Positions 1 through 14,062 of a DNA stretch of 64,000 bases are shown piece after piece. The stretch spans positions 25,296,001-25,360,000 of the forward strand of contig OX597839.1 in the NCBI GenBank assembly GCA_951406725.2, written 5' to 3'. The first letter of the stretch is position 1. Every line of letters begins with the position of its first letter. The position numbers and the translations under genes are program-made. This stretch comes from Octopus vulgaris (taxonomy: Eukaryota). The notes beneath the pieces are model-generated. The model worked only from the letters and a program-made list of their open reading frames with translations. It did no database searches and was not told the origin of the DNA.

Positions 1-193
1 TTAGCGGTATTTTGCCCGTCGCTATGTTCTGAGTTCAAATTCCACTGAGGTCGGCTTTACCGTTCATCCTTTCAGGGTTGATAAAATAAGTACCAGTTGG
101 ACACTGGGGTCGATGTAATCAACTCATCCCTTTCCCACAAAAACTGCTTCCCTTCTGGCAAAATTTGAAACCATTATTATTATTATTATTGAA

Positions 194-960
194 AGGCGGC
201 AAGCTGGCAGAATCGTTAGCACGCTGGGCAAAATGCTTAGCGGTATTTCGTCTGCCGTTACGTTGTGAGTTCAAATTCCGCCGAGGTCGACTTTGCCTTT
301 CATCCTTTCGGGGTCGATAAATTAAGTACCAGTTACGCACTGGGGTCGATGTAATCGACTTAATACCTATGTCTGTCCTTGTTTGTCCCCCTCTGTGTTT
401 AGCCCCTTGTGGGTAGTAAAGAAATAGGTATTTCATCCGCCTTGACGTTCTGAGTTCAAATTTCACCAGGGTTGACTTTGCCTTTCATCCTTTCAGGGTC
501 AATGAATTAAGTACCAGTTACACACTGGGCTCGATGTAATCGACTTAATACCTATGTCTGTCCTTGTTTGTCCCCTCTATGTTTAGCCCCTTGTGGGTAG
601 TAAAGAAATAGGTATTTCGTCTGCGTTACGTTGTGAGTTCAAATTCCGCCGAGGTCGACTTTGCCTTTCATCCTTTCAGGGTCGATAAATTAAGTACCAG
701 TTACGCACTGGGGTCGATGTAATCGACTTAATACCTATGTCTGTCCTTGTTTGTCCCCTCTATGTTTAGCCCCTTGTGGGTAATAAAGAAATAGGTATTT
801 CATCCGCCTTGATGTTCTGAGTTCAAATTTCACCAGGGTTGACTTTGCCTTTCATCCTTTCAGGGTCAATGAATTAAGTACCAGTTACGCACTGGGGTCG
901 ATTTAATCAACTTGTCCCCTCCCTGCAAATTTCAGGCCTTATGCTTTTTAGCATAAAGGG
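194..960 (+). mobile_element. SINE family B (head GGCGGTGAGCTGGCAGAA), tandem/nested run of about 4 units
   Basis: A-box-like TGGCAGAATCG, B-box-like GAGTTCAAATTCC; core GCCTTTCATCCTTTCGGGGTCGATAAA repeats about every 180-190 bp. Further degenerate copies at 1-170, 980-1190, 1311-1541, 3660-3760, 12430-12640, 13470-13610, 30253-30460, 35350-35535. Confidence 0.85.
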
Positions 961-1702
961 TTATTATTATTATTAAGATAGCAAGCTGGCAGAATTGTTA
1001 TCACACCGGACAATATGCTTAGCAGCATTTTGTCCATCTTAACATTCTGAGTTCAAATTCCATTGAGGTTGATTTTTGCCTTTCATCCTTTCGGGGCTGA
1101 TAAAATAAGAATCAGTTTGCACTGGGGTTGAGGGATTCAATTTACCCCCCATCCCTCTGAAATTGCTGGCCTTGTGCCAAAATTTGAAATCATTATTAAT
1201 TAGTAATCAGATTGGAGCCTGGTGCAGCCATCTGGTTCACCAGTCCTCACAGTCAAACCGTCCAACCCATGCCAGCATGGAAAGCGGGCGTTAAACAATG
1301 ATGATGATGTTGGTGAGCTGGCAGAATCGTTAGCACGCCGGGCGAAATGCTTAGCGGTATTTCGTCTGCGTTACGTTGTGAGTTCAAATTCCGCCGAGGT
1401 CGACTTTGCCTTTCCTTCTTTCGGGGTCGATAAATTAAGTACCAGTTACGCACTGGGGTCGATCTAATCGACTTAATACCTATGTCTGTCCTTGTTTGTC
1501 CCCTCTGTGTTTAGCCCCTTGTGGGTAATAAAGAAATAGGTATTGATTATCCCCCTAACATGAAACTTGCTGACCAGGTGTCGAAATCAGAAATCATAAC
1601 CATTCTTTCTAATTTTTGTGCAAGGCTTGCAATTTTAGGACAGGTGGTTTAGTAATAAGGATAATAAGGAACAATTCAAAGACAAATTACAATTGACTGC
1701 AA

Positions 1703-1866
1703 AGGCGCAGGGGTGGCTGTGTGGTAAGTAGCTTGCCTACCAACCACATGGTTCCGGGTTCAGTCCCACTGCGTGGCATCTTGGGCAAGTGTCTTCTGCT
1801 ATAGCCTCAGGCCGACCAATGCCTTGTGAATGGATTTGGTAGACGGAAACTGAAAGAAGCCTGTCG

Positions 1867-1901
<35 letters not shown>

Positions 1902-2330
1902 TTGTGTGTCTGTGTTTGTCCCTCTAGCATTGCTTGACAACCGATGCTGGTGTGTTTACATCCCCGTCACTTGTTTGAGCCATTTGACTGCAGCCATGCT
2001 GGAGCACCGCCTTTAGTCGAGCAAATCGACCCCAGAGCTTATTCTTTGTAAGCCTAGTACTTATTTTATCAGTCCCTTTTGCCGAACCGCTAAGTTACAG
2101 GGACGTAAACACACCAGCATCGGTTGTCAAGCGATGTTGGGAGGGGGGCAAACACACATACATATACAACGGGCTTCTTTCAGTTTCCGTCTACCAAATC
2201 CACTCACATGACTTTGGTCGGCCCGAGGCTATAGTAGAAGACACTTGCCCAAGGTGCCACGCAGCGGGCCTGAACCCAGAACCATGTGGCTGGTAAGGAA
2301 GCTACTTACCACACAGCCACTCCTACGCCT
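1703..2330. mobile_element. Two SINE family A copies joined tail-to-tail (+ 1703-1971, - 1972-2330)
   Basis: Family A: tRNA-like head AGGCGCAGGAGTGGCTGTGTGGTAAG...GGTTCAGTCCC (A and B boxes), internal (TA/TG)n, tail GAAACAAGTAAAAGAGTA. Confidence 0.85.
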
Positions 2331-2543
2331 ATATGTGAATTATTTTGGAAATTATGATAAATTTTTCGAAAAGTCCCAAATGGGGATTGCTGAAAATAAA
2401 AACATATTTATCCTTTTCTGTATCCAATTGCGATGATAAACATTTTAGTTTTTTTTGAAACTATAGACTCAAATGCGAATGTGTATGAAATATCAATGAA
2501 TGATATAGAAATGCAAAAAAACAAAAAAAGTTTTCCAAACAGT

Positions 2544-2945
2544 CAGGAGTGGCTGTGTGGTAAGTAGCTTGCTAACCAACCACATGGTTCCGGGTTCAGT
2601 CCCACTGCATGGACATCTTGGGCAAGTGTCTTCTGCTATAGCCCCGGGCCGACCAATGCCTTGTGAGTGGATTTGGTAGACGGAAACTGAAAGAAGCCTG
2701 TCGTATATATGTATGTATATATGTGTGTGTTTGTGTGTCTGTGTTTGTTCCCCTAGCATTGCTTGACAACTGATGCTGGTGTGTTTACGTCCCCATCACT
2801 TAGTGGTTCGGCAAAAAAGAGACCGATAGAATAAGTACTGGGCTTACAATGAATAAGTTCCGGGCTCGATTTGCTCAACTAAAGGCGGTGCTCCAGCATG
2901 GCCGCAGTCAAATGACTGAAACAAGTAAAAGAGAAAATAGAGAAA
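2544..2945 (+). mobile_element. SINE family A
   Basis: Near-full consensus copy. Confidence 0.9.
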
Positions 2946-4076
2946 GAAAATGATATAGAAATGCAAAAAAAAAAAGTTTTCCAAACAGCCAATATTTTTG
3001 TAGTTCAAAAATTGCGATTTACGACATAAAATGTCCTCTAGAATTAGCCAGAGCTAATAACGACAACCTTTAATTAGTAAATATTGTTAAACACACCTCT
3101 GCAAATGCAATATGCATAAGCAATCTACTTTAAATACAACAAACAACCAGCAGTGAGACTGTTTTTAGCAGACCCCCAAATGGGGCTCATGGCAGGCAAG
3201 AGGTTAATTATTGTCAGGGCATTGTATGGTTTTAAATGCTTGTGAAAATGAAGATAGAAAGGTTAGGAAAATCTGAAATACAGTATCACAAAAGTTCTGG
3301 TTACATTTCTGTTCAAATGCTGGTAAGACGTGAAGCATAATGTTGAGTATTCTTGTTTGAATTCTGTTCAAGCTGAAAACTGCAAAGTGAAATCAAAATG
3401 TTCTCACATCAAAGTCTCGGGTCGCTTGTAACAAAACTATCCCCCCTGGGGACTTAGCAGACCAAAACTTCCCATTTTACAGCTGATGAACAGACACTAG
3501 GCTAGTCCATCACGTTAAATGTATGGGTGGTCCATGCAAAAGTAAATGGATTCAACCGTTGCGTGGTGAACCAAAAATGGGTAGTTAAAAGTAAAAAGCT
3601 CCAATGTGGGCAGCTAAAGTTCAAAAGCACTAATGCTTCCTCTACAGCAGTTACATCAACTGTGGTGTTTGTACTGAAAAGATGAAAGGCAAAGTTGACT
3701 TCAGTGGAATTTGTTGCTAAGCATTTTGTCTGATGTGCTAACGATTCTGCCAGTTCGTTACCATACAAATTATAACAACGTCAGTGGTGATGATTTAGGC
3801 ACAAGGCCAGCAATTTTGAGGAGGCTGTGGGTGGGTGGGTGGGGGGGGGCTAGTTGATACCTCAGGATTTGACTGGTACTTTATTTTATTGGCCCTTAAA
3901 AGGATGAAAAGTGAAATTGACTTGGGCAGGATTTGAACTCGGAACATAAAGAGCCAGGGCAAATACCACATTCCAGCAATTTTGCCAATCCGCCGATCTA
4001 AAAGAGCAATGGAGGCACGATACTCAAAATTTTAATGGGAGGGACAAGGTGGATTACTGTATTTTACTGTCGTATA

Positions 4077-4441
4077 TCTCTCTATATATATAAACGGCAG
4101 TTTGTCTGTGTGTGTTTCTGTGTGTCTGTTAGCTTGTACCCTCACCCTGACCACGGCTTTCAACCGATTCTGATGAAACTTGACACACACATAGCCCAAT
4201 GTCATAATTCAAAACTAACGCAGCGAAAATTTTGAAAAGTTCCCCCAGTTCTGAAAAAAATCGATAAATTCGACATGGGGTCGAGAATCAGAAACACAAA
4301 CCACAGACTATCTAGGGGACGCAACTCAACCTTTTTAACTAAAAAAAAAAATTTACCATCATTTTTTTGGCTATAACTCTCTAAAAATGCTTTATAGTTA
4401 TTTCCCTTACAAACCCGAGCAACGCCGGGCGATACTGCTAG
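4077..4441 (+). mobile_element. Non-autonomous Helitron-like element
   Basis: 5' TC after A, 3' CTAG before T, subterminal hairpin CCCGAGCAACGCCGGG, no TSD. Confidence 0.8.
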
Positions 4442-5050
4442 TATATATATATATATATGCGTGTGTGTGTTTGTCTCCCTAGGATTGCTTGACAACCAAT
4501 GCTGGTGTGTTTATGTCCCCGTCACTTAGCGGTTCGGCAAAAGAGACTGATAGAATAAGTACTGGGCTTACAAAAGAATAAGTCCCGGGGTCGATTTGCT
4601 CGACTAAAGGCAGTGCTCCAGCATGGCCGCAGTCAAATGACTGAAACAAGTAAAAGAGTAATATTAGATTCCAATATAATCATAACCTGTACACTCTGAA
4701 AGGTATTACTGTATTTTATCCCCCCCTCCGCCGACCCAGATAGAAGAGGTGTACAGTTGACCTTGATGCTATTTGAAATCAGACTGTAGAGGCCCAAAAC
4801 AAATACCACCTCTTATTTTACCCCATGCTCTGATAATTTCACCAATCCACCACTCTCGTACAGTAATGAAATAAATGTGACCTACATTCATTGCTTGTTT
4901 GTTTGTTTCGTGTTTTCAAGGTTAGAATAGTTTATAAATGATTCTGTGTAAGGGTTGGCCTTCCTCTTTCATTTTGAATTCAACCCCACCCAATTAACTA
5001 TTTATATTTTCTTCCTTGTCGATCACTGCAGTCCACTGGTATAGGCATCT

Positions 5051-5290
5051 ATTAAAGGCGGTGGGCTGGCAGAAACGTTAGCACGCCGGGCGAAATGCGT
5101 AGCCGTATTTCGTCTATCGCTACGTTCTGAGTTCAAATTCCGCCGTGGTTGACTTTGCCTTTCATCCTTTCGGGGTCGATTAAATAAGTTCCAGTTACGC
5201 ACTGGGGTCGATATAATCGACTTAATCCGTTTGTCTGTCCTTGTTTGTCCTCTCTGTGTTTAGCCCCTTGTGGGTAGTAAAGAAATAGGT
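5051..5290 (+). mobile_element. SINE family B, full copy with TSD
   Basis: 13-bp TSD GGTATAGGCATCT at 5038-5050 and 5288-5300. Confidence 0.9.
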
Positions 5291-5667
5291 ATAGGCATCT
5301 CTACCCGTACGTAATCCAAAAGAGACACTCTGTGTCACATCGATTCTGCCTAGCAATTATATTAAGTGCTGCACATGGCAGTGGAATGCAGAGCTGAATT
5401 TGTTTCCTCATGCCTTGCAGAAAAATAGGTATTTTTTTTTCTTTAGTGAAATGTTCTACAAAGATGCTTCAGATGGTGGAGACTCCAATTACATCAGAAT
5501 TTGTTGAGAAAAATATTTTTCCAGGGCTGGTGGGAAGGAGTTTTTGAAAATTCCCACGAGTTCATTTTGTTTACTCATAACTTCCTGAAAAATGGGCAAT
5601 TTTTTTATGAAATTTTCTAAAAATACCTTTCAGAGTGTACAGGTTGTGATTATATTGGAATCTAATA

Positions 5668-5901
5668 TTACTCTTTTTTTTTACTCTTTTACTTGTTTCA
5701 GTCATTTGACTGCGGCCATGCTGGAGCACCGCCTTTAGTCGAGCAAATCGACCCCGGGACTTATTCTTTTGTAAGCCCAGTACTTATTCTATCGGTCTCT
5801 TTTGCCGAACCGCTAAGTGACGAGGACGTAAACACACCAGCATCGGTTGTCAAGCAATGCTAGGGGGACAAACACAAATACACACACACACACACACACA
5901 C

Positions 5902-5973
<72 letters not shown>

Positions 5974-6127
5974 GACAGGCTTCTTTCAGTTTCCGTCTAC
6001 CAAATCCACTCACGAGGCATTGGTCGGCCCGGGGCTATAGTAGAAGACACTTGCCCAAGATGCCATGCAGTGGGACTGAACCCGGAACCATGTGGTTGGT
6101 TAGCAAGCTACTTACCACACAGCCACT
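5668..6127 (-). mobile_element. SINE family A
   Basis: Consensus copy with expanded (TA)n. Confidence 0.9.
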
Positions 6128-7829
6128 GCAGAAAAAAAAATTTTTTAAATGGTAGGCTTCAGCTTGTTCATACTTCTTGAACTTGTTCACACATCACATA
6201 TATACTCTTTTACTCTTTTCAGTCATTTGACTGCGGCCATGCTGGAGCACCGCCTTTATATATATACAAAATGAAACTTGAAATTTTGTAAAAAAAAAAA
6301 AAAATGGTTTTGAGGAATATTTTATTGAGGCATTGTTTTATGGTTGAATGCCCTTCCTGTTGTTAACCCCAGTCTGTTTTTCAAGTAAAGGATCTCTTAT
6401 TTTATGAGCCTTCAAAAGCACAAAACCAGAGGACAATTTGTTGTCCAGAGACATGACAGCTGTAACACCTTGTCACTCAACAACTCTTTAAAAAGTACGA
6501 ATCTTACCCCCCCACACACACACACACACCTTTAATACATATGAAGTTTGTATCCTAGAACCAGAGACAACCCCTGGTGGGTTGGTTAAGAAATTATTAC
6601 TAAAAATAACTTTGTCGTTATCAAGTTGATGTTTGGGGCATAAATTAACCCTTTCGTTACTGTATTTCTGTTGAGATGTTCTGTGTTTCTTTCAATTCCT
6701 TTTAAATATAACAAAGAATTTAGTAAAATAACTTCGTTATCATTCAGCTAGTGTTAGGAACATAAATTGCGACTAAGGTTTGGTGGAAGATTTTAATTCA
6801 AAACTTATGAAAACAAAACATTTGTACTCAAAGCCAGAGTCGGTTTCAGCCGGGTTGGTAACGATGTGATTGTTTATTTTTAAAATGACACAATAAGGTA
6901 GCTATGAATGACCATATCTGACTAGTTTGAACATAAAATAGGTAGAATATTTTGGCCGGATATGGCCGGTTTAAACACTAAAGGGTTAAACCCTTTTAAT
7001 ATGATATTTCTGTTGAAATACACTGCAGTTGTTTCAATTAATTGTGAAGATAATTGAGAGTTTGGAACATAAATTAACCTGAAATTCTGATTCAAGGTTT
7101 TAATTTAGATTACTTTCAAACAAGACGTTTGTACCATAGAACAGGTGTAGTTTTAGACAGGTTTTGTATCCTCATCATCATCATTTAATGTCTGCTCTCC
7201 ATGCTGGCATGGGTTGGATGATTTGGCATGGAGCTGACCAGGCTCCAATTGTCTGTTCAGGTATGGTTTCTATGGCTGGATGCCCTTCCTAATGCCAACC
7301 ACTTAACTATGTTGGGATCATTTTACATGCCACCAATACGGGTGTGTTTATGCAGCATGGTTAAACACAGCAAAAACTAGTATAAGCTTTAACTTTACTG
7401 ACATGTAGCTTCTATACTGTAAAAAAATATGTGCATTCAACATAAACTGTTCCCCATTCTTTATAGTTAAAAAAGGTCTCTGAATCTCAGAAGGGTTCAT
7501 AAGTGCTTGTGGGGGTTTTTTTGTTTTTTTTTTCATGACAGATAAATCTCTCCCTGAATGAAAATTCGGCTTAATTGAAATACGAGATGAGTTAAACCCT
7601 ATCCTTCCTAGATTAGTGAGGTGAGGAATGTAAAATTAGACATTTACCCCCAAAAATGATTGCACAGGATTTGAACTCAAAGGCTTAGTATTTGATAATG
7701 TACCATGTTAATCACTCAGCTGTTTCATTTATGCAGAGAGGATGGCAGGGGTACAACATGGAGTGACAACAAATGTTCAGCTGGCCAGGAAGAAGGGGGC
7801 TGGATGACTACGTTAGGGATTTAGCCATT

Positions 7830-8420
7830 TGTAAGTGGTTAGAACAACCATATTGGGGATGTGGTCAGTTGTAAGAAGGGGTTAGAATAACTGTGTTAGG
7901 GATGTAGAGTCATTTGTAAGAAGGGATCAAAACAAGCATATTAAGGAATTGATCAATTGTAAGAAGGGATCAGAACAAGCATATTGGGGATATGGTCAAT
8001 TGTAAGAAGGGGTCAGAACAAGCATATTAAGGAATTGATCAGTTGTAAGAAAGGGTTAGAACAAGTATATTGGGGATATGGTCAGTTGTAAGAAGGGGTC
8101 AGAACAAGCATATTAAGGAATTGATCAGTTGTAAGAAAGGGTTAGAACAAGTATATTGGATATATGGTCAGTTGTAAGAAGGGGTCAGAACAAGCATATT
8201 AAGGAATTGATCAGTTGTAAGAAAGGGTTAGAACAAGTATATTGGGGATATGGTCAGTTGTAAGAAGGGGTCAGAACAAGCATATTAAGGATTTGGTCAT
8301 TTGTATGAAAGGGTTAGAACAAGTATATTGGATATATGGTCAGTTGTAAGAAGGGGTCAGAACAAGCATATTAAGGATTTGGTCATTTGTAAGAAGGGAT
8401 CTGAACAACTGTATTTGGGG
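7830..8420. repeat. 43-bp minisatellite, about 13-14 units, with 86-bp A/B dimer
   Basis: GTTGTAAGAA at 8042, 8085, 8128 and onward. Confidence 0.92.
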
Positions 8421-8814
8421 TGGTGTTAATTACAAGAGCTGATGTGAAAAACTTCGTGCAAAAAAAAAAAAAAAAAAAAAATGCTTTGCTAGAAAGTTCT
8501 GGAAATAGAAATGAAAACAAAAAAAAGAAAAGAAAAAGAGATAAAATTTTTTTCTGACTGTTTTGTGTTGACAGTAAATTTTGTCAGTGTTGTTGGTTTG
8601 ATTATTGTGTGTGTGTGTGTTTGGTGTTGGATGTAAATGTGACCTAAATTCACAGCAGATATTTTAACAACAACAACAATAATAATAATAATAATAGTAA
8701 TACGCTGAAAATGGTTTTGTGGAAAACAGTGACAGCTTTTCGACATTGCAGTGGAATTTATGTGCTGATCTCAGATGCACAAACTTCCAATTGACACTCA
8801 CAGTTTACTGCATG

Positions 8815-9286
8815 CATGCACACACACACACACACACACTGAAGCGCACAAACATACATGCACACACATACACACACAGAAGCACACAAACATACATGCA
8901 CACACACACACACACAGAAGCACACAAACATACACACACATACACACACAGAAGCACACAAACATACATGCACACACATACACACACAGAAGCACACAAA
9001 CACACACACACACACAGAAGCACACAAACATACATGCACACACATACACACACAGAAGCACACAAACACACACACACACACAGAAGCACACAAACATACA
9101 TGCACACACATACACGCACAGAAGCACACAAACACACATACACACACAGAAGCACACAAACACACACACACACACAGAAGCACACAAACATACATGCACA
9201 CACATACACACACAGAAGCACACAAAACATACACACACACACACACACACATACATGCACACACATACACACACAGAAGCACACAA

Positions 9287-9320
<34 letters not shown>

Positions 9321-9606
9321 ACACTGAAGCACACAAACATACATGCACACACACACACACACACACACTGAAGCACACAAACATACATGCACACACATAC
9401 ACACACAGAAGCACACAAACACACACACACACACACAGAAGCACACAAACATACATGCACACACATACACACACAGAAGCACACAAACACACACACACAC
9501 ACACAGAAGCACACAAACATACATGCACACACATACACACACAGAAGCACACAAACACACACACTGAAGCACACAAACATACATGCACACACACACACAC
9601 ACACAC
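8815..9606. repeat. (CA)n-based compound minisatellite (GAAGCACACAAAC units)
   Basis: Direct reading. Confidence 0.95.
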
Positions 9607-9927
9607 GAGTTACCCCACTGACCTACAATCTTCTCTAATTGGGTTGGTTTATTTTCAACACATGCAAAGGTGGATAATTTTGTTGTTGTTGTTGTCGTCT
9701 AATATGTTTATGGTGGATGGTAAGCGCCACTGAACCATCAGACAAAATACTTTTGGTATTTAATTAGTCTTTTACATTTTTTTTCCTTTTTTATTTTCGA
9801 GTTCAAATCCCACCCAGATCCACTTAAATCTTCATCCTTTTAAGATCGATAAAATAAGCCCCCAGTATTGATGTGCTTGGTTGAACTCAGGGAGATTGGT
9901 GTTCCTCATGACTGGAATCAGTGAAAG

Positions 9928-10266
9928 AAAATATTTTGTGAGGTATATTTGCTATCTCAATATGGCTAAGCACTAAGGGTGGGTGTGTGTGGAAAAACGA
10001 TATATGTATTTGCATTGGGACCCCTTTCATCGAAAACCGGTGATTGTCGTACGCTGATGACAGGTCAATACCTAGAAACTGCAGTCCATGCGTATCACTT
10101 AGGCTGACAAGGGAATGATGACCTCCCTTTGCAAATGCTTTAGGGCACAGAAAGTGTGCCTTAAGCCAGCTGGAGGAGATGTTCTCCTGGGGCTACAAGC
10201 TACAGTAACACCCACCCTTAGTGCTTAGCCATATTGAGATGGCAAATATACCTCACAAAATATTTT
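9928..10266. repeat. Fold-back element, 59-bp inverted arms
   Basis: 9928-9986 versus 10208-10266, one mismatch. Confidence 0.9.
10048..10092 (+). ncRNA. Minimal type I hammerhead-ribozyme-like motif (slightly degenerate)
   Basis: CGTACG-CTGATGA-cAGGTcaatACCTa-GAAAC-TGCA-GTC-CATGCG; palindromic helix III; inside a fold-back element. Confidence 0.6.
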
Positions 10267-10962
10267 GTGTATTGTAGAAATGTAACCAATTTGTTGCAGA
10301 TAAATTTTAGCCAAATCTTCTGTGGACCCCAGTTGAGAACCACTGGCTTAGCACCTTGACCAGCTGTCTTCTTCTATAGCCTTGCTTGACCAATGACTTG
10401 CCAGCAAAATGGCTACACAAAAGCTCAATGAAGGCATGTGTGTGTGTGTGTATGACTATTTCCCATGAGTGACAGTGATGTTGTTACTCTATCATTCTAT
10501 CAGTTTCAGCCAGAGGTTGTGGCCTAGCTGGAGCACAGCCATTAGTGTCATTGCTTTATCTTTTCTATTTTACTTGTTTTAATCATTAGACTACGGTCAT
10601 GCTGGGGCACTGCCTTGAAGAAATTTTTGGTTGAATGTACTGACCACAGTACTTTATTTTTTTCTAAACCTGGTACTTTAAGGGCTCGTAAACAGACTGA
10701 TACTGATTTTCAAGTGATGGGGGGCGGGGGCCTCACACACACACACATACGACAGGCTTTCACTTTCTGTCCTTCAAATCTACTGACATGACTTTGGCCA
10801 GCCCAAGGCTACAGTAGAAGACACTTGTCCAAGGTGTCAAGCAGTGGGACTGAACCTCCAGAACCTGGTACCGTGTGGTTGGGATACAGACCTCTTACCA
10901 CACAGCCATGCCTGCACCCTTACTCCAGAAATTTTTTTTTACACGGAAAAAAAAAAAAACCT

Positions 10963-11320
10963 GGTAGCTTGCTAACCAACCACATGGTTGCGGGTTCAGT
11001 CCCACTGCGTGGCATCTTGGGCAAGTGTCTTCTGCTATAGCCCCGGGACGACCAATGCCTTGTGAGTGGATTTGGTAGACGGAAACTGAAAGAAGCCTGT
11101 CGTATATATATATGTATGTGTGTCTGTGTTTGTCCCCCTAGCATTGCTCGACAACCGATGCTGGTGTGTTTACGTCCCCATCACTTAGCGGCTCGGCAAA
11201 AGAGACCGATAGAATAAGTACTGGGCTTACAATAGAATAAGTACTGGGCTCGACTAAAGGCGGTGCTCCAGCATGGCCGCAGTCAAATGACTGAAACAAG
11301 TAAAAGAGAAAAGAGAAAAG
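10963..11320 (+). mobile_element. SINE family A (5' trimmed)
   Basis: Consensus match. Confidence 0.88.
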
Positions 11321-11569
11321 ATCAATAACAATATCACAGCAAAACACAACAAAAACAACAACAACAACACAGTTGTACTGTAGTGTTTTTAAATATCACT
11401 TTTTATCTCTTTCATTGCTGCTATTGCTAAGCAAAAACCACCACTACCACCACCACCACCTATACTTGACGACAGCACTATCAGATGTACTTTGTAACAG
11501 CTGTACCGACTCAGAGCAAGGTTAGATTTAAAGAGAACGACCATGAATACACAAACATTCTGTTGTTCT

Positions 11570-11756
11570 TTCACTTGTTTGTCATCTGACTGCGACCATG
11601 CTGGAGCACCGCCTTTAGTCGAGCAAATCGACCCCGGGACTTATTCTTTGTAAGCCCAGTACTTATTCTATCGGTCTCTTTTGCCGAACCGCTAAGTGAC
11701 AGGGATGTAAACACACCAGCATCGGTTGTCAAGCAATGCTAGGGGAACAAACATAT

Positions 11757-11793
<37 letters not shown>

Positions 11794-12306
11794 ACAGGCT
11801 TCTTTCAGTTTCCGTCTACCAAATCCACTCACAAGGCTTTGGTCGGCCCAGGGCTATAGCAGAAGACACTTGCCCAAGGTGCCATGCAGTGGGACTGAAC
11901 CCGGAACCATGTGGTTGGTTAGCAAGCTACTTACCACACAGCCACGCCTGCGCCTATACATGAACATTCTGTTATTCTTTTACTTGTTTGGCATTTGGCT
12001 GCGGCCATGCTGGAGCGCCGCCTGAAAGGGGGTTTTGGTCAAAGAAATCGACCCTGGGACGTATTTTTTTGTAAGCCTAGCACTTATTCCGTCAGACTCT
12101 TTTTGCTGAACCGCTTTGTTATGGGGACGTGAGCACACCGACATCGGTTGTCAAGCAATAGTGGGAAGACACACACACACACAAATATACACATATACTA
12201 TGGGCTTCTTTCAGTTTCCATCTACCAGATCCATTCACAAGGCTTTTGTCACTCCAAGGCTATAGTAGAATACACTCACCTAAGGTGCCACACAGTGGGA
12301 CCGAAC
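11570..12306 (-). mobile_element. Two SINE family A copies (11570-11955 young, 11977-12306 older)
   Basis: Consensus match. Confidence 0.85.
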
Positions 12307-13168
12307 ATTGGTGTGATCGACTGTCCTCCTTTTCACCCTAAAACATCCGGGCCTTGTACCTGGATGTTTTAGGGGGAAAGGGTTGTTTATTGTTCAGAGC
12401 TGCTGTGCACCCTTAACAATCATTATTGCTGCTGGTATTGTTGTTGTTGTTAAGGGCAGTGAGCTGGGAAAACCGTTGGCTCCAGTCAAAAGCTTTCTCA
12501 GTGATTCTTCTGGCCCTCTATGGTGAGAGTTGAAATTCTGCCGGTCAAGTTTGCCTTCTGTCCTAGCAGGTTCGATAAAATAAGTACCAGTTAGACACTG
12601 GGGAACAGTATAACTGACTACCCCTTGCCTCTCCCCAAATTTCAGGCCCCGTGCCTCTAATAGAAATGACTTCTGAGGCAATGTGCTGATTTGTCAGACA
12701 AAATTCCAAGTTTTACATTCTGAGTTCAAATATCTCCAAGGGCATCTTTGTCCTTCATCTTTCTTTGCAGGGTCAATAAACATAAGTATTAGTCAAGCAC
12801 TGGGGTTGATGTAATTAACTCAGTGGGACTGAACCTGGAACCATGTGGTTGGTTAGCAAGCTACTTACCACACAGCCAATCGTTGGCATTCTGGACAAAG
12901 TGTTCAGTGGCATCTGAGTTCAGATTTCAGACCATATGCCTACAATAGGAAGGATCATTATTATTATCATTCAGCTTGACTCGGCTTTAATCATATTCCG
13001 GGTAGAATCTATGTGGGTAGCAGGTTACTACCTGTAACCTTAGACATCCACAAGCTTTCGAGTGCTCAAACGCCTTCTAATAATCTTTCTTGTTTCTATG
13101 AGACGAACTTTCTGTAGAAGCTCTGTGGGACATTCCATTCCAATCTCCCCTCAACCGTTTGTCTATAT

Positions 13169-13399
13169 CAGTGGTTCCCAAAGTGGTGGTATTGCCCCCA
13201 CCTGGGGGTGGTGGAAAGTTCCAAGGGGGCTTTGAAGAAAAGCGGGGGTGATAATTGGGTAGCGAATGGTTTCGTTGAGTTCCTTTGAATTTGCTTGATA
13301 AAGAGGTCTATGTTTGTGATGGTCAGTTGGGGTGGGGGCACTAGGAATGTGGCTTGGATGTCAAGGGGGCGGCAGCCCGAAAACGTTTGGGAACCACTG
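13169..13399. mobile_element. hAT (Charlie-like) MITE
   Basis: TIR CAGTGGTTCCCAAA/TTTGGGAACCACTG; 8-bp TSD GTCTATAT/TTCTATAT. Confidence 0.85.
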
Positions 13400-13680
13400 T
13401 TCTATATCATTACTCAGTCCCTAATGCACCAAATATCAGAGGCACAACTGTTACAGTTGTTGCTAAGACAGCAAGCTTGCTGAATCGTCAGCTCACCGAG
13501 CAAAATGCGTATCAACATGTCATCCTTGATGTTCTGAGTTCAAATTCTGCCGAAGTCAATGTAATCGATTTAACCACTCCCTTGAAGTTGCTGGCCTGGT
13601 GCTAAAAACTGGAATCCCTTGCTCCCTTTTTTTCTTTCTTTTTTTTTAAAAAATTTTATGGTGATGAGCTGGTAGAATCT

Positions 13681-14062
13681 CTTTACTTGTTTCAGTCATT
13701 TGACTGCGGCCATGCTGGAGCACCGCCTTTAGTCGAGCAAATCGACCCCGGGACTTATTCTTTTAAGCCCAGTATTTATTCTATCGGTCTCTTTTGCCGA
13801 ACCACTAAGTGACGGGGACGTAAACACACCAGCATTGGTTGTCAAGCAATGCTAGGGGGACAGACACACAAACACACACATATATGCATACATATATATA
13901 TACATATATACGACAGGCTTCTTTCAGTTTCTGTCTACCAAATCCACTCACAAGGCATTGGTCGGCCCGGGGCTATAGCAGAAGGCACTTGCCCAAGATG
14001 CCACGCAGTGGGACTGAACCTGGAACCATGTGGTTGGTTAGCAAGCTACTTACCACACAGCC
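13681..14062 (-). mobile_element. SINE family A nested in a family B relic
   Basis: Interrupts GAGCTGGTAGAATC|AATCGTTGGCA; AATC duplicated. Confidence 0.85.
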
